Assembly (NCBI GenBank): GCA_965228485.1
Contig: OZ245819.1
Location: forward strand, 60,001-92,000
Origin: Candidatus Saccharimonadota bacterium
GTDB taxonomy: Bacteria; Patescibacteriota; Gracilibacteria; UBA4473
Direction: 5' to 3'
Length of the DNA: 32,000 nucleotides
Positions within the stretch are counted from its first letter, which is position 1; every line of letters starts with the position of its first letter. The notes below the pieces were generated by a model. That model was not told the origin of the DNA. It searched no databases and saw only the letters and a list, made by a program, of their open reading frames with translations. Below, piece by piece: positions 8,601 to 15,349 of the stretch. Made by a program: the position numbers and the translations under genes.

Positions 8601-9475
8601 CAGACCTTTTTACCACTATTAATGCTGCGAATGGAAATATTACGGTTCGATCTCTAGCGGGCTCAGATATTACGGCTAATGAAATTAGTAACTATATTGA
8701 AATACAGGCTTTCTCAACGATTGAGTCAGTAACTCCAACATCAGGAATGACCGTAACTGATATGGGGGGAAATGTGTATCGTGTATATAGTGCTGGAACA
8801 TTGGGAAGCGTTACAGCTTCTTCTGGAGTGAATTTATTTACTCCTGCAGGAACGTCTACTAATGCAGCAGGACAAACTCGAGCAGAAAAAGCTGCTCTGG
8901 CTAATAAACGATTAACCTATGCTGAAACGATTGAATTTATTAAAGAGATCAATTCTGGTAAGTCTGGGCAGACCCTTTATTACACGAATCACAATGGCTA
9001 TCGAATTTTCGCGGGATACGTAAATGGTAAACTCTCGGTTATGGCATTTAATAAGAAGTCAGCGAGTAAACGACCTATTGTTTACCGAGCTTCTATCGCT
9101 CGTACGGAGCAATTCCATAGTTCGGCAAATGGAAAAACGTATGCTACGTTTAAACCTTCAGCTTACGTGGCACAAAAGGTGCATAAAAGTGTTTCTTCGA
9201 GTAATCGATATGAATCGGCACGACGACTCTTTTCTTCGAAAGGGGAAGAACTTAAACCTTTGAGAACGACAAGAACACGACAGGCAGATTCTGTACAAAC
9301 AATTATTAATAGACGAAAATATATGTCTCAAAAGAAAGATAAGTTTGCTCGAACTCCAGTGACAAAAAGAGAAGTCTCTCGTATTGAGAAAAATAATTAT
9401 CATAGAACAAGAAATAATATTCTTCTTGTAAATGATAAGGAGAAAGTTGTAGAGTTGATTAGCGCTCTCCAATAA
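5675..9475 (+). CDS. Giant secreted surface protein with repeated Ig-like/adhesin-type domains, a CarboxypepD_reg-like domain and a basic C-terminal tail
   Basis: 1266 aa with signal peptide MRIIRYLAFSFLCAFSGVAFA/AP. The body is Thr/Asp/Val/Gly-rich and has two alternating repeat types. The motif TNDNTPSYSFSSSENGTITYGG is typical of bacterial Ig-like repeats. GNVTDQSTGQPLSNVGVQLV...ITDATGNYQI resembles a carboxypeptidase-regulatory fold. Confidence 0.85.
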   Translation: MRIIRYLAFSFLCAFSGVAFAAPQYSSLGVVSNNADPTLAAAGDVLTFTLTLSPADDANGVGQITFDVGAATGLTTSTFPVGGSSTTHQVTYTALAGQNGPVSVTGITFQNSLAEDIQSLPGFPLTPSPNVTMDTTDPAIFSTAVSTSGAGGFAADTDTVTYAVTFTENATVSINTASSATNITTLTTELDASDASTDDLVFTATAVDNGTVTPTVDFDLTDAAGNTVTISSLGVITGGPAITDTTAPTFSAINAVSDNADPTIAIAGDTITFTLDLGVADTWSGTNLINFDIGSNSFSTAFFTSDTTPDASKTVDYVVPVGEEGLISVTGVTFTDFVGNAITGFVGPYTPTPSNVDVDSIDPIISTIIPVPNPTNDNTPSYSFSSSENGTITYGGSCDSATTAASLGGNTIDFNALVDAIYSDCTIRVTDAHGNLSSILNVNTFEVDTQAPSVQSASVATTGNPGYAIVGDQVTFTVNFDESVTVSAINTASSATNITTLTQDFDIVSGSSDQLVFTTVGGDNGAVAPTVDFDITDAAGNTATINSLGTITGGPIQTDTIVPTLNPVTIASNNANPAYAITNDTVTVSFTGSETLAGGTVISTLFGEAASVANPSGDDWTASLMTDGDETEGPATFTIDFEDLAGNVGVQVVSTTDASSVIYDNTPAAVSSVSIISDNPYVTDAPVYYARVGNTVTLTIDPTENIQTPTGTILGKVPVFNNPSGDIWTATVTVAGGDAEGTIAYSIDIQDLAGTTTLNISATTDGTSVLMDRTNPTNPTNFVDLGGAQTSEYKDSALATFNWTGDADGGSGVEHFDLRVVNANLSMDVTTPVVAPTRTFTPAPALADSDDYLIYITVFDKAGNSSVQQLMYTQKYGVFLSGNVTDQSTGQPLSNVGVQLVSRYGETCDGTAEDCYVITDATGNYQILVIPTQDFRINFSKRQNYQTVSQSFTALTTNMVLNPTLSEVESGMSQGSDLFTTINAANGNITVRSLAGSDITANEISNYIEIQAFSTIESVTPTSGMTVTDMGGNVYRVYSAGTLGSVTASSGVNLFTPAGTSTNAAGQTRAEKAALANKRLTYAETIEFIKEINSGKSGQTLYYTNHNGYRIFAGYVNGKLSVMAFNKKSASKRPIVYRASIARTEQFHSSANGKTYATFKPSAYVAQKVHKSVSSSNRYESARRLFSSKGEELKPLRTTRTRQADSVQTIINRRKYMSQKKDKFARTPVTKREVSRIEKNNYHRTRNNILLVNDKEKVVELISALQ
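6074..6421 (+). repeat. Intragenic domain repeat, copy 1 (type-2 module)
   Basis: Residues ~134-249, including INTASSATNITTLTTELD...LVFTATAVDNGTVTPTVDFDLTDAAGNTVTISSLGVITGGP. It is paralogous to 7016-7366 at both protein and DNA level. Confidence 0.8.
7016..7366 (+). repeat. Intragenic domain repeat, copy 2 (type-2 module)
   Basis: Residues ~448-564, including INTASSATNITTLTQDFD...LVFTTVGGDNGAVAPTVDFDITDAAGNTATINSLGTITGGP. Confidence 0.8.
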
Positions 9476-9480
9476 CATAT

Positions 9481-9509
9481 TTGACAAAAATATTTATTTA
9501 TTATAAAAT
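9481..9509 (+). promoter_or_regulatory. Candidate sigma70 promoter for the 9546 gene
   Basis: TTGACA-17 nt-TAAAAT, 36 nt upstream of the ATG. The AT-rich context raises the chance of a fortuitous match. Confidence 0.5.
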
Positions 9510-9545
9510 AATATATAATTCATTTATTTACTAAACAAAAACAAA

Positions 9546-10367
9546 ATGAAAAAAATCGCATCGTCGTCACTTATTGTGATGTGTAGCATGGCTTCGGTAG
9601 TAACGGTTAATGCCCAAGATGCTACAGGAGGCTCCTCCGATGGGAATCTTCCTACTACATCTGTTGAAGCTAAACCTTTAATGACTGCTCCTGCAGGAAT
9701 CCCTGGTCGGATTTCTGGGGATGTTCGTTCTATTCGTGAACCAGCAGATGGAGAAGTGAGAGAACTAAGAGAAGAAGTGAAGGATATGAGAGATGAGCAC
9801 AAAGATCTTCAAGAAGAACACCAAGCACAAGTAGAGGCTACTAAAGCAGAACGAGAAGAAGCCAAAGAAGATATGAAGGCGAAGATTGAATCTGGGGAAA
9901 TGACAAAAGAAGAAGCGAAGGAAAAGCGAGCAGAATTTAATGCTGAAGCTCGAGAAGAAGCTGAAGCTCGTCAAGCAGAGAGAAAAGACTCTCGACTGGC
10001 TATCATTGAAAAACGAAAGGAAATCGTTAATAGTCGAGCTGATAAACTAGAAAAGCATAGTCCTGAACTTGCTGAGAAAATGAGATCAGTATATGCTGAC
10101 GTATTTGAAAAAATTACATCGGCTTATGACAAACGAGATGAACTCAAAGAACAAGTGAAATCTGGAGAAATTACACGAGAAGAAGCGGTTGAAGCTATGA
10201 AAACTTTCCAAGCAGAATTAAAAGCTGAAATCAAAGCTCAAATTGCTGACTTTGTTGCTCAAGTTAAAGCTCTTAAAGAACAATTAAAAGCGGATAGAGA
10301 AGCTAAAAGAGCTGAAAAAAATGCTGGTCGATCTACAGATGCTACTACCGCAACTGGCGAACAGTAA
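9546..10367 (+). CDS. Secreted Lys/Glu/Ala-rich coiled-coil protein
   Basis: 273 aa with signal peptide MKKIASSSLIVMCSMASVVTVNA/QD. The rest is a long charged helical region with an internal repeat, ESGEMTKEEAKEK and KSGEITREEAVEA. Confidence 0.75.
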   Translation: MKKIASSSLIVMCSMASVVTVNAQDATGGSSDGNLPTTSVEAKPLMTAPAGIPGRISGDVRSIREPADGEVRELREEVKDMRDEHKDLQEEHQAQVEATKAEREEAKEDMKAKIESGEMTKEEAKEKRAEFNAEAREEAEARQAERKDSRLAIIEKRKEIVNSRADKLEKHSPELAEKMRSVYADVFEKITSAYDKRDELKEQVKSGEITREEAVEAMKTFQAELKAEIKAQIADFVAQVKALKEQLKADREAKRAEKNAGRSTDATTATGEQ

Positions 10368-10391
10368 CTCTTAGCACTTATCCTTAAACAT

Positions 10392-10427
10392 AAAAAAACT
10401 CCAGAGTTACTCTGGAGTTTTTTTATT
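10392..10427. terminator. Bidirectional rho-independent terminator between convergent genes
   Basis: A7 run, then stem actccagag/ctctggagt with a 3-nt loop, then a T-run. It can serve both the 9546 gene (+) and rplA (-). Confidence 0.8.
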
Positions 10428-10439
10428 TTAGATCACAAA

Positions 10440-11132
10440 TTATTGTTCTTCACTTCCTGTTTCAACTTTGATTCCTACCCCCATTGTAGAATTAATAGTA
10501 ATATTCTTAATGTAAGCTCCCTTTTGTCCTGATGGTTTAATATCCTGGATGGTTTGGATCATTGCATTTAGGTTTTCAACCAGTTTATCTGCTCCGAAAG
10601 AAACTTTTCCGAAGATAGTGTGAACGTTTCCAAATTTATCATTTCGGAATTCGATTCGTCCAGCGGCTAGTTCTTTGATAATTTTTTCAATATCAGGAGT
10701 CACCGTTCCAGTTTTTGGATTTGGCATCATTCCTTTTGGTCCTAGAACTCGTGCAGCTTTTGCTAGAACTTTCATCATATCAGGAGTAGCTACAACCGCA
10801 TCGAAATCACTCCATCCTTTAGCAATTTTTTCTACTAATTCGTCGCTTCCAGCTTCAATTGCTCCAGCGCTTTTAGCGGCTTTTTCTTTATCATCTCCAC
10901 AAATTGCTACAACTCGAACTGTTTTTCCCGTTCCATTTGGAAGAGAAACAGTTGATCGGATTTGTTGATCTGCATGTCGTGGATCGATTCCAAGTCGAAA
11001 GTGAACTTCGGCCGTTGGGTCGAATTTTACTTTTTTGTTATCAACCATTAATTTAACAGCTTCCTCTACAGAGTAAGCGGTTTCTTTGTCGAAGCTTTCG
11101 TATGAAGCTCGTAGATTTTTTCCTTTTGCCAT
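10440..11132 (-). CDS. rplA: 50S ribosomal protein L1
   Basis: 230 aa with MAKGKNLRASYE...KFDPTAEVHFRLGIDPRHADQQIRSTVSLPNGTGK...MMPNPKTGTVT. Confidence 0.97.
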   Translation of the reverse strand: MAKGKNLRASYESFDKETAYSVEEAVKLMVDNKKVKFDPTAEVHFRLGIDPRHADQQIRSTVSLPNGTGKTVRVVAICGDDKEKAAKSAGAIEAGSDELVEKIAKGWSDFDAVVATPDMMKVLAKAARVLGPKGMMPNPKTGTVTPDIEKIIKELAAGRIEFRNDKFGNVHTIFGKVSFGADKLVENLNAMIQTIQDIKPSGQKGAYIKNITINSTMGVGIKVETGSEEQ

Positions 11133-11205
11133 TTTAATAAAAGATTAGTGGTACAAATGAGTGATTATAGTGGACACTCTCCCACGAGGTAAAACCCTCA
11201 TTTAA

Positions 11206-11220
11206 CCCCGCTGTGCGGGG
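11206..11220 (-). promoter_or_regulatory. GC-rich stem-loop in the rplK-rplA spacer, possibly an attenuator or an L1 autoregulatory structure
   Basis: ccccgc-tgt-gcgggg lies 16 nt after the rplK stop. On the minus strand it is followed by a possible internal promoter (TTACCT-17-TATAAT) before rplA. No clean U-tract is present. Confidence 0.3.
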
Positions 11221-11236
11221 AAAAATCAGAGTTTTA

Positions 11237-11677
11237 TTAGGCTGCTTCAGGTTCTAGTCCCATTTGTCGAGCAGTCCCCGCAATGATATTCGCTGCAGCT
11301 TCGATATCATTAGCGTTAAGGTCTGGCATTTTGATCTCAGCGATTTCTTTAAGTTGTTGTCGGCTGATTTTACCAATTTTTTCAGTATTTGGTTTTCCAG
11401 ACCCTTTAGCAATACCAAGTTTTTTCTTGATCAGGTCAGAAGCTGGTGGTTGTTTAAACTCAAGTTCGAAAGATTTGTCTTCGAATACGTAACAAACACA
11501 AGGAATCTTGTATCCGTCTTTTTTGAATTCAGCGGTTCCATCGTTGAACTGTTGAACAAAAGCTTGAATGTTAATACCGTGTTGACCTAGTACTGGACCT
11601 ACAGGAGGGGCTGGAGTAGCTCCACCGGCAGGAAGAGTGATAGAAAAACTTGATGCGAATGGTTTTTTTGGTGGCAT
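11237..11677 (-). CDS. rplK: 50S ribosomal protein L11
   Basis: 146 aa with LPAGGATPAPPVGPVLGQHGINIQAFVQQFN...KGSGKPN...DIEAAANIIAGTARQMG. Confidence 0.97.
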   Translation of the reverse strand: MPPKKPFASSFSITLPAGGATPAPPVGPVLGQHGINIQAFVQQFNDGTAEFKKDGYKIPCVCYVFEDKSFELEFKQPPASDLIKKKLGIAKGSGKPNTEKIGKISRQQLKEIAEIKMPDLNANDIEAAANIIAGTARQMGLEPEAA

Positions 11678-11748
11678 ATCTAAAAAACTTATTTGTAAGT
11701 TAGTGGCGCATTTATAAAGATTTTATAATGCTTGGCAAGCCTTTTTTA

Positions 11749-12297
11749 TTAAACTTTTGGAGAGACTTGAGTGAAGTCCAGTTCAACTGGAGTATCTCGG
11801 TCAAAAATAGAAACCATAACTGTGATTTTTCCTTTTGCTGGATTTACTTCAGAGATCGTTCCTTCGTAGTTTGAGAAAGGTCCTTCTTTGATTGTTACTA
11901 GATCTCCAACTTTCAGTTTGATATCAGTGCTTGGTTCGGCGGCTCCCATTCGTCGTTTGATCACTCCGAATTCTTCTGGAAGAACTGGTACTGGAGTGGT
12001 TCCAGATCCGACGAACCCAGTGACATTTGGGGTATTTCTTACTACGAACCAAGAAGCATCAGTTACAATCATATTCACCAATACGTATCCTGGGAAAAGA
12101 TTCTTTTCAACAACGGTTTGTTTACCGTTTTTTACTGTAACTACCTTTTCTTTTGGAACGACTACTTCAAAAATATAGTCCTGCATATTCATAGATTCGA
12201 TTCGTTGTTCTAAAGCTTTCTTTACAGAATCTTCATATCCAGAGTAGGTGTGGATAACATACCACTGACGACCGAGTGATGAATCTTGTTTAGACAT
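11749..12297 (-). CDS. nusG: Transcription termination/antitermination factor NusG
   Basis: 182 aa with WYVIHTYSGYEDSVKKAL (NGN domain) and a C-terminal KOW region, GDLVTIKEGPFSNYEGTISEV. Confidence 0.95.
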   Translation of the reverse strand: MSKQDSSLGRQWYVIHTYSGYEDSVKKALEQRIESMNMQDYIFEVVVPKEKVVTVKNGKQTVVEKNLFPGYVLVNMIVTDASWFVVRNTPNVTGFVGSGTTPVPVLPEEFGVIKRRMGAAEPSTDIKLKVGDLVTIKEGPFSNYEGTISEVNPAKGKITVMVSIFDRDTPVELDFTQVSPKV

Positions 12298-12497
12298 TAT
12301 CTATTAAGTAAAAAGAGTACGATTTGATTAATTCCGTAATCAACAAAACCAAGAAATAAACCAACAATGAGCATGATTGTAAGTACAAGAATCATAGCGT
12401 GCACGGCTTGTTTTTTTGTTGGCCAAGTTATGTTGTGAAGCTCTCCAACTCTATCTTTGAGAAAGTGGCTTTGTGGACGATTAGCTGCTTTTTTCAT
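12297..12497 (-). CDS. secE: Preprotein translocase subunit SecE
   Basis: 66 aa with a single C-terminal TM helix and ELHNITWPTKKQ, at the canonical position directly upstream of nusG. The secE stop and the nusG start overlap by 1 nt. Confidence 0.85.
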   Translation of the reverse strand: MKKAANRPQSHFLKDRVGELHNITWPTKKQAVHAMILVLTIMLIVGLFLGFVDYGINQIVLFLLNR

Positions 12498-12570
12498 GGC
12501 AATTTTACTTTTAAAAAGCCTTTTAGGGCGTTCATCAATATCATGATTATTTTATACGGTTTGTCAAATT

Positions 12571-12611
12571 GTAAAAGTAAAACCCCCATCTTAAGAATTT
12601 TAAGATGAGGG
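12571..12611 (-). terminator. Rho-independent terminator downstream of the small-protein pair
   Basis: On the minus strand, the stem ccctcatcttaa/ttaagatggggg (with one bulge) is followed by TTTTACTTTTAC. Confidence 0.7.
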
Positions 12612-12746
12612 CTGATCAGCTTTTTGTGCATATCTGTTTTTACAGACTTTGCATGACGTCGATTATAGGGCTAGAGCCCCGAAGAAAACTTGTTTTCTTA
12701 AATAATTTTCAAAATTATTTCTATAACCTAAGTATTAACTTCTGGA

Positions 12747-13073
12747 TTATTCTACCTCGACTTCAACTATAGTTTCTGCTTCCGTTTCTGCTTCGTCCTG
12801 TTCTTGTAGCGCGTGATAATAATTACTTCGATATACTTTAAGTCTGAAATTTTCTGTTTCAATATCAGCTTTTTTGATATCGCTATTAGATACAAAAGTA
12901 CTCAGCATAGCTTCTAGGGCAGATTCGTCATTAATGTTCGGTCCAGGTATACTGCTTGCAGCAATAATGAAGGCGGTGATAAGCACCATGCTTCCAGTGA
13001 AGAATGAAACTTCAAAGAAAAGAAGTTTTTTTAGAAAGTTTTGGTTACTCTCACTCTTTTTGTTATTTGCCAT
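12747..13073 (-). CDS. Small single-TM membrane protein with an acidic C-terminal tail; paralog of the 13073-13255 product
   Basis: 108 aa. The N-terminus MANNKK...FLKKLLFFEVSFFTGSMVLITAFIIAASSIP aligns with the upstream 60-aa protein. The ATG overlaps the upstream stop (TAATG). Confidence 0.65.
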   Translation of the reverse strand: MANNKKSESNQNFLKKLLFFEVSFFTGSMVLITAFIIAASSIPGPNINDESALEAMLSTFVSNSDIKKADIETENFRLKVYRSNYYHALQEQDEAETEAETIVEVEVE

Positions 13074-13255
13074 TATAGACCAGCGATATTAATAACACTT
13101 GCTTGTAGTAGAGAAGTAGTTTCACTTTCTACGGTAGGAATAACACTTAGCGCGGCTAGAAATGCTGTTGCGATAGCGAGAGTCCCGGTTACAAGAGAAA
13201 CTTCTGTGTTTTGTAGTTTCTCGATAACTGATTGTGGTTTGTTTTTGTTTGCCAT
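13073..13255 (-). CDS. Small single-TM membrane protein; paralog of the 12747-13073 product
   Basis: 60 aa, MANKNKPQSVIEKLQNTEVSLVTGTLAIATAFLAALSVIP. The shared pattern is MAN.K...L..EVS..TG....TAF..A.S.IP. Confidence 0.6.
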   Translation of the reverse strand: MANKNKPQSVIEKLQNTEVSLVTGTLAIATAFLAALSVIPTVESETTSLLQASVINIAGL

Positions 13256-13292
13256 TTTTATTGAGGGTTAAGAAATAAAATGACGATAGACT

Positions 13293-13321
13293 ATTATATA
13301 TTAAAAAAAGATTAAAATCAA
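13293..13321 (-). promoter_or_regulatory. Candidate sigma70 promoter for the small-protein pair
   Basis: On the minus strand, TTGATT-17 nt-TATAAT, about 37 nt upstream of the 13255 ATG. The region is very AT-rich, so a chance match is possible. Confidence 0.4.
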
Positions 13322-13375
13322 ATAAAATATACAAAAAGTCAAACCATGTATATGAATATAGTTTTAATCCCTTTT

Positions 13376-15163
13376 TTAGGCTATAAACCCTCCAGATTGA
13401 TGTTCCCAAAGTTCTGCGTATTTTTGCTTTTTTTGGATTAAATCTTGATGATTTCCATCTTCAATTATTTTTCCGTTTTCAAACACAATAATACGATCCA
13501 TTTGTCTCAAAGTTGAAAGTCTGTGAGCAATTACGAGTGTCGTTCTTTTCTGCATTAGGAGCTCAAGCGCTTCTTGAATATACTTTTCAGCTTTACTATC
13601 CAGAGAGCTCGTTGCCTCATCCAGAATAAGAATTGGAGCATCTTTGAGCATGGCTCTGGCGATAGCGACTCGTTGTTTCTGTCCACCAGAGAGCTTTACT
13701 CCACGTTCTCCTACCAAAGTTTCGTATTGATCAGGAAATCTCTGGATAAACTCGTGAGCGTGAGCATGCTTAGCCGCTTTTATAATAGCTTTTTTTGAAG
13801 CGTCTGGGTGACTGTAGCTAATATTTTCGGCTAAAGTTCGGTGAAAAAGAATAGGTTCTTGAGGCACGTAAGCGATATTTGTTCTCAGATCATCTTGAGT
13901 GATTTTTTGAATGTTTTGTCCATCAATCAAGATATCTCCTTTGTTGACGTCCATAAATCTGAGAAGAAGGTTTACGAAGGTCGATTTACCAGCGCCGGAT
14001 TCTCCAACTAATCCCACTTTTTGACCCGCAGGAATGTGCAGTTGAAAGTCATTAAACACTTGAGGTGTTTTTTGGTCTGTTTCGTATTTGAAGAATACGT
14101 TTTTAAACTCAATTTTTCCATGTTTAATGTTAGACTTCTGTGGTTTGACAGGATCAAGGATATCGGGAATCTGGTCGAGAATCTCTACCATTTCTTCGGA
14201 GTCAGCGAGCGCATTGCTGTAGTCTTGAAACAGCCGTCCAAGCTCCCATAAGTTTCCAAACATAATCCAGATAAAGGTCTGAATAGCAAAAATGGTTCCA
14301 ATGGTTAATACACCGTCTTTCCAACCGTTGATCATAAGGTAAATGACAATTAATTCGAAACTAATCATCATTACCCCCTGCCAGCATTTCATCCAAGCAC
14401 CAGTATTCCAGGCACGGATTCGAGCTTTTTTTCGCGTATTGATGGTTTGATCAAATCTTGCTTTCTCGCCTCGCTGTCCAGCAAAAATTTTAACATTAAA
14501 TATGTTTGTTAAATTATCAGCCAGTTCGGCAGTTACCTTTGAATCTAGGGTAGCGTTTTCACGCCAATATTTCAGGCTCCATTGAGAGTAGAAATAGGAG
14601 ATTGTGGTATAGCAGATTGTCCAGGCCAAGAAACAAAGGGCAATGGTTGGAATAAAATAGTAGATAACGATAAAGGATGAGGTGAAAAGAATAATAATCT
14701 TCCACAAACTCCACTGAATGATATCAGCGATCATTTCGAAGCTTCGTACGAATCGATTGGTTTTTGATACTAAGCCACCAGTAAAGTGATTTGTAAAAAA
14801 GTGATATGAATGTCCTTGGAGTTTATTGAAGCAGTTAGCCTCAATATCTTTCATAACTAAAGGCTGAAAGTAGTTATTAATAAATTCAGCCGCTCTCCAG
14901 CCACAGAAGGTAAATACTATGTGGGTTATCCCGAAAAGAACGATCAACTGAAATATTTCAGCGTATACGGCTTCTCGATTTTCGGTGTTACTGGACATGG
15001 TATCAAAGACCTCTCTTAAAATAAGGACGCTCATAAATTCTTGTCCTACGACGGCCCAGAGTACAGAAAAAAAGAAGAAGAAGAGTGTAAATTTATACAC
15101 TTTTGATTTTTTCCAAAAATATTGCAGTATTCTTAGATTAGATTTTGAGTTGTGGGTTTTCAT
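13376..15163 (-). CDS. ABC transporter, fused permease/ATPase (MsbA/multidrug exporter type)
   Basis: 595 aa with an N-terminal 6-TM domain. Walker A is GESGAGKST, the ABC signature is LSGGQKQRVAIARA, and Walker B is ILILDEATSSLD. There is no C39 peptidase domain. Confidence 0.93.
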   Translation of the reverse strand: MKTHNSKSNLRILQYFWKKSKVYKFTLFFFFFSVLWAVVGQEFMSVLILREVFDTMSSNTENREAVYAEIFQLIVLFGITHIVFTFCGWRAAEFINNYFQPLVMKDIEANCFNKLQGHSYHFFTNHFTGGLVSKTNRFVRSFEMIADIIQWSLWKIIILFTSSFIVIYYFIPTIALCFLAWTICYTTISYFYSQWSLKYWRENATLDSKVTAELADNLTNIFNVKIFAGQRGEKARFDQTINTRKKARIRAWNTGAWMKCWQGVMMISFELIVIYLMINGWKDGVLTIGTIFAIQTFIWIMFGNLWELGRLFQDYSNALADSEEMVEILDQIPDILDPVKPQKSNIKHGKIEFKNVFFKYETDQKTPQVFNDFQLHIPAGQKVGLVGESGAGKSTFVNLLLRFMDVNKGDILIDGQNIQKITQDDLRTNIAYVPQEPILFHRTLAENISYSHPDASKKAIIKAAKHAHAHEFIQRFPDQYETLVGERGVKLSGGQKQRVAIARAMLKDAPILILDEATSSLDSKAEKYIQEALELLMQKRTTLVIAHRLSTLRQMDRIIVFENGKIIEDGNHQDLIQKKQKYAELWEHQSGGFIA

Positions 15164-15181
15164 TGTTTCGTATTTTAGGAT

Positions 15182-15210
15182 AACAAAAACTGACTTTGGA
15201 AGTAAGTCAG
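15182..15210 (-). terminator. Terminator-like hairpin between the aminotransferase and the ABC exporter gene
   Basis: On the minus strand, ctgactt-N7-aagtcag is followed by TTTTTGTT. It ends only ~19 nt upstream of the ABC ATG. Confidence 0.45.
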
Positions 15211-15349
15211 CAAATTAAGATTAATAGATAGTAGTGTTTGCTCACTTACGATAAATGCAGTGAGCCTTTTGCTATATACAAAGTGGCGTCACTGGGACGT
15301 TTCCGGGGCGAAAGAATATTTCATAGCCTGACTTGAAACGGTCGAAATA

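Noticed and set aside
12399-12608. 69-aa + strand ORF, plus a ~46-aa minus-strand ORF, in the secE upstream region. I also looked here for the rpmG (L33) gene or a tRNA expected upstream of secE.
   Set aside because: The + ORF is antisense to secE and runs through the terminator hairpin. The minus-strand small ORF has no Cys-rich L33 signature. I found no cloverleaf or GTTCRANYC T-loop sequence here or elsewhere in the window.
12747-13255. Calling the two small proteins type IV pilins, Flp pilins or double-glycine bacteriocin precursors.
   Set aside because: They lack G/FTLIE, G/xxxxEY and GG-leader motifs, and the adjacent ABC exporter has no C39 peptidase domain. Function is left open.
13122-13409. 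95-aa ORF on the minus strand spanning the ABC stop, the intergenic promoter region and part of the 60-aa gene.
   Set aside because: It overlaps the better-supported 60-aa paralog in another frame and crosses an AT-rich promoter-like spacer. It has no motifs, and the paralogy evidence favours the 13073-13255 frame.
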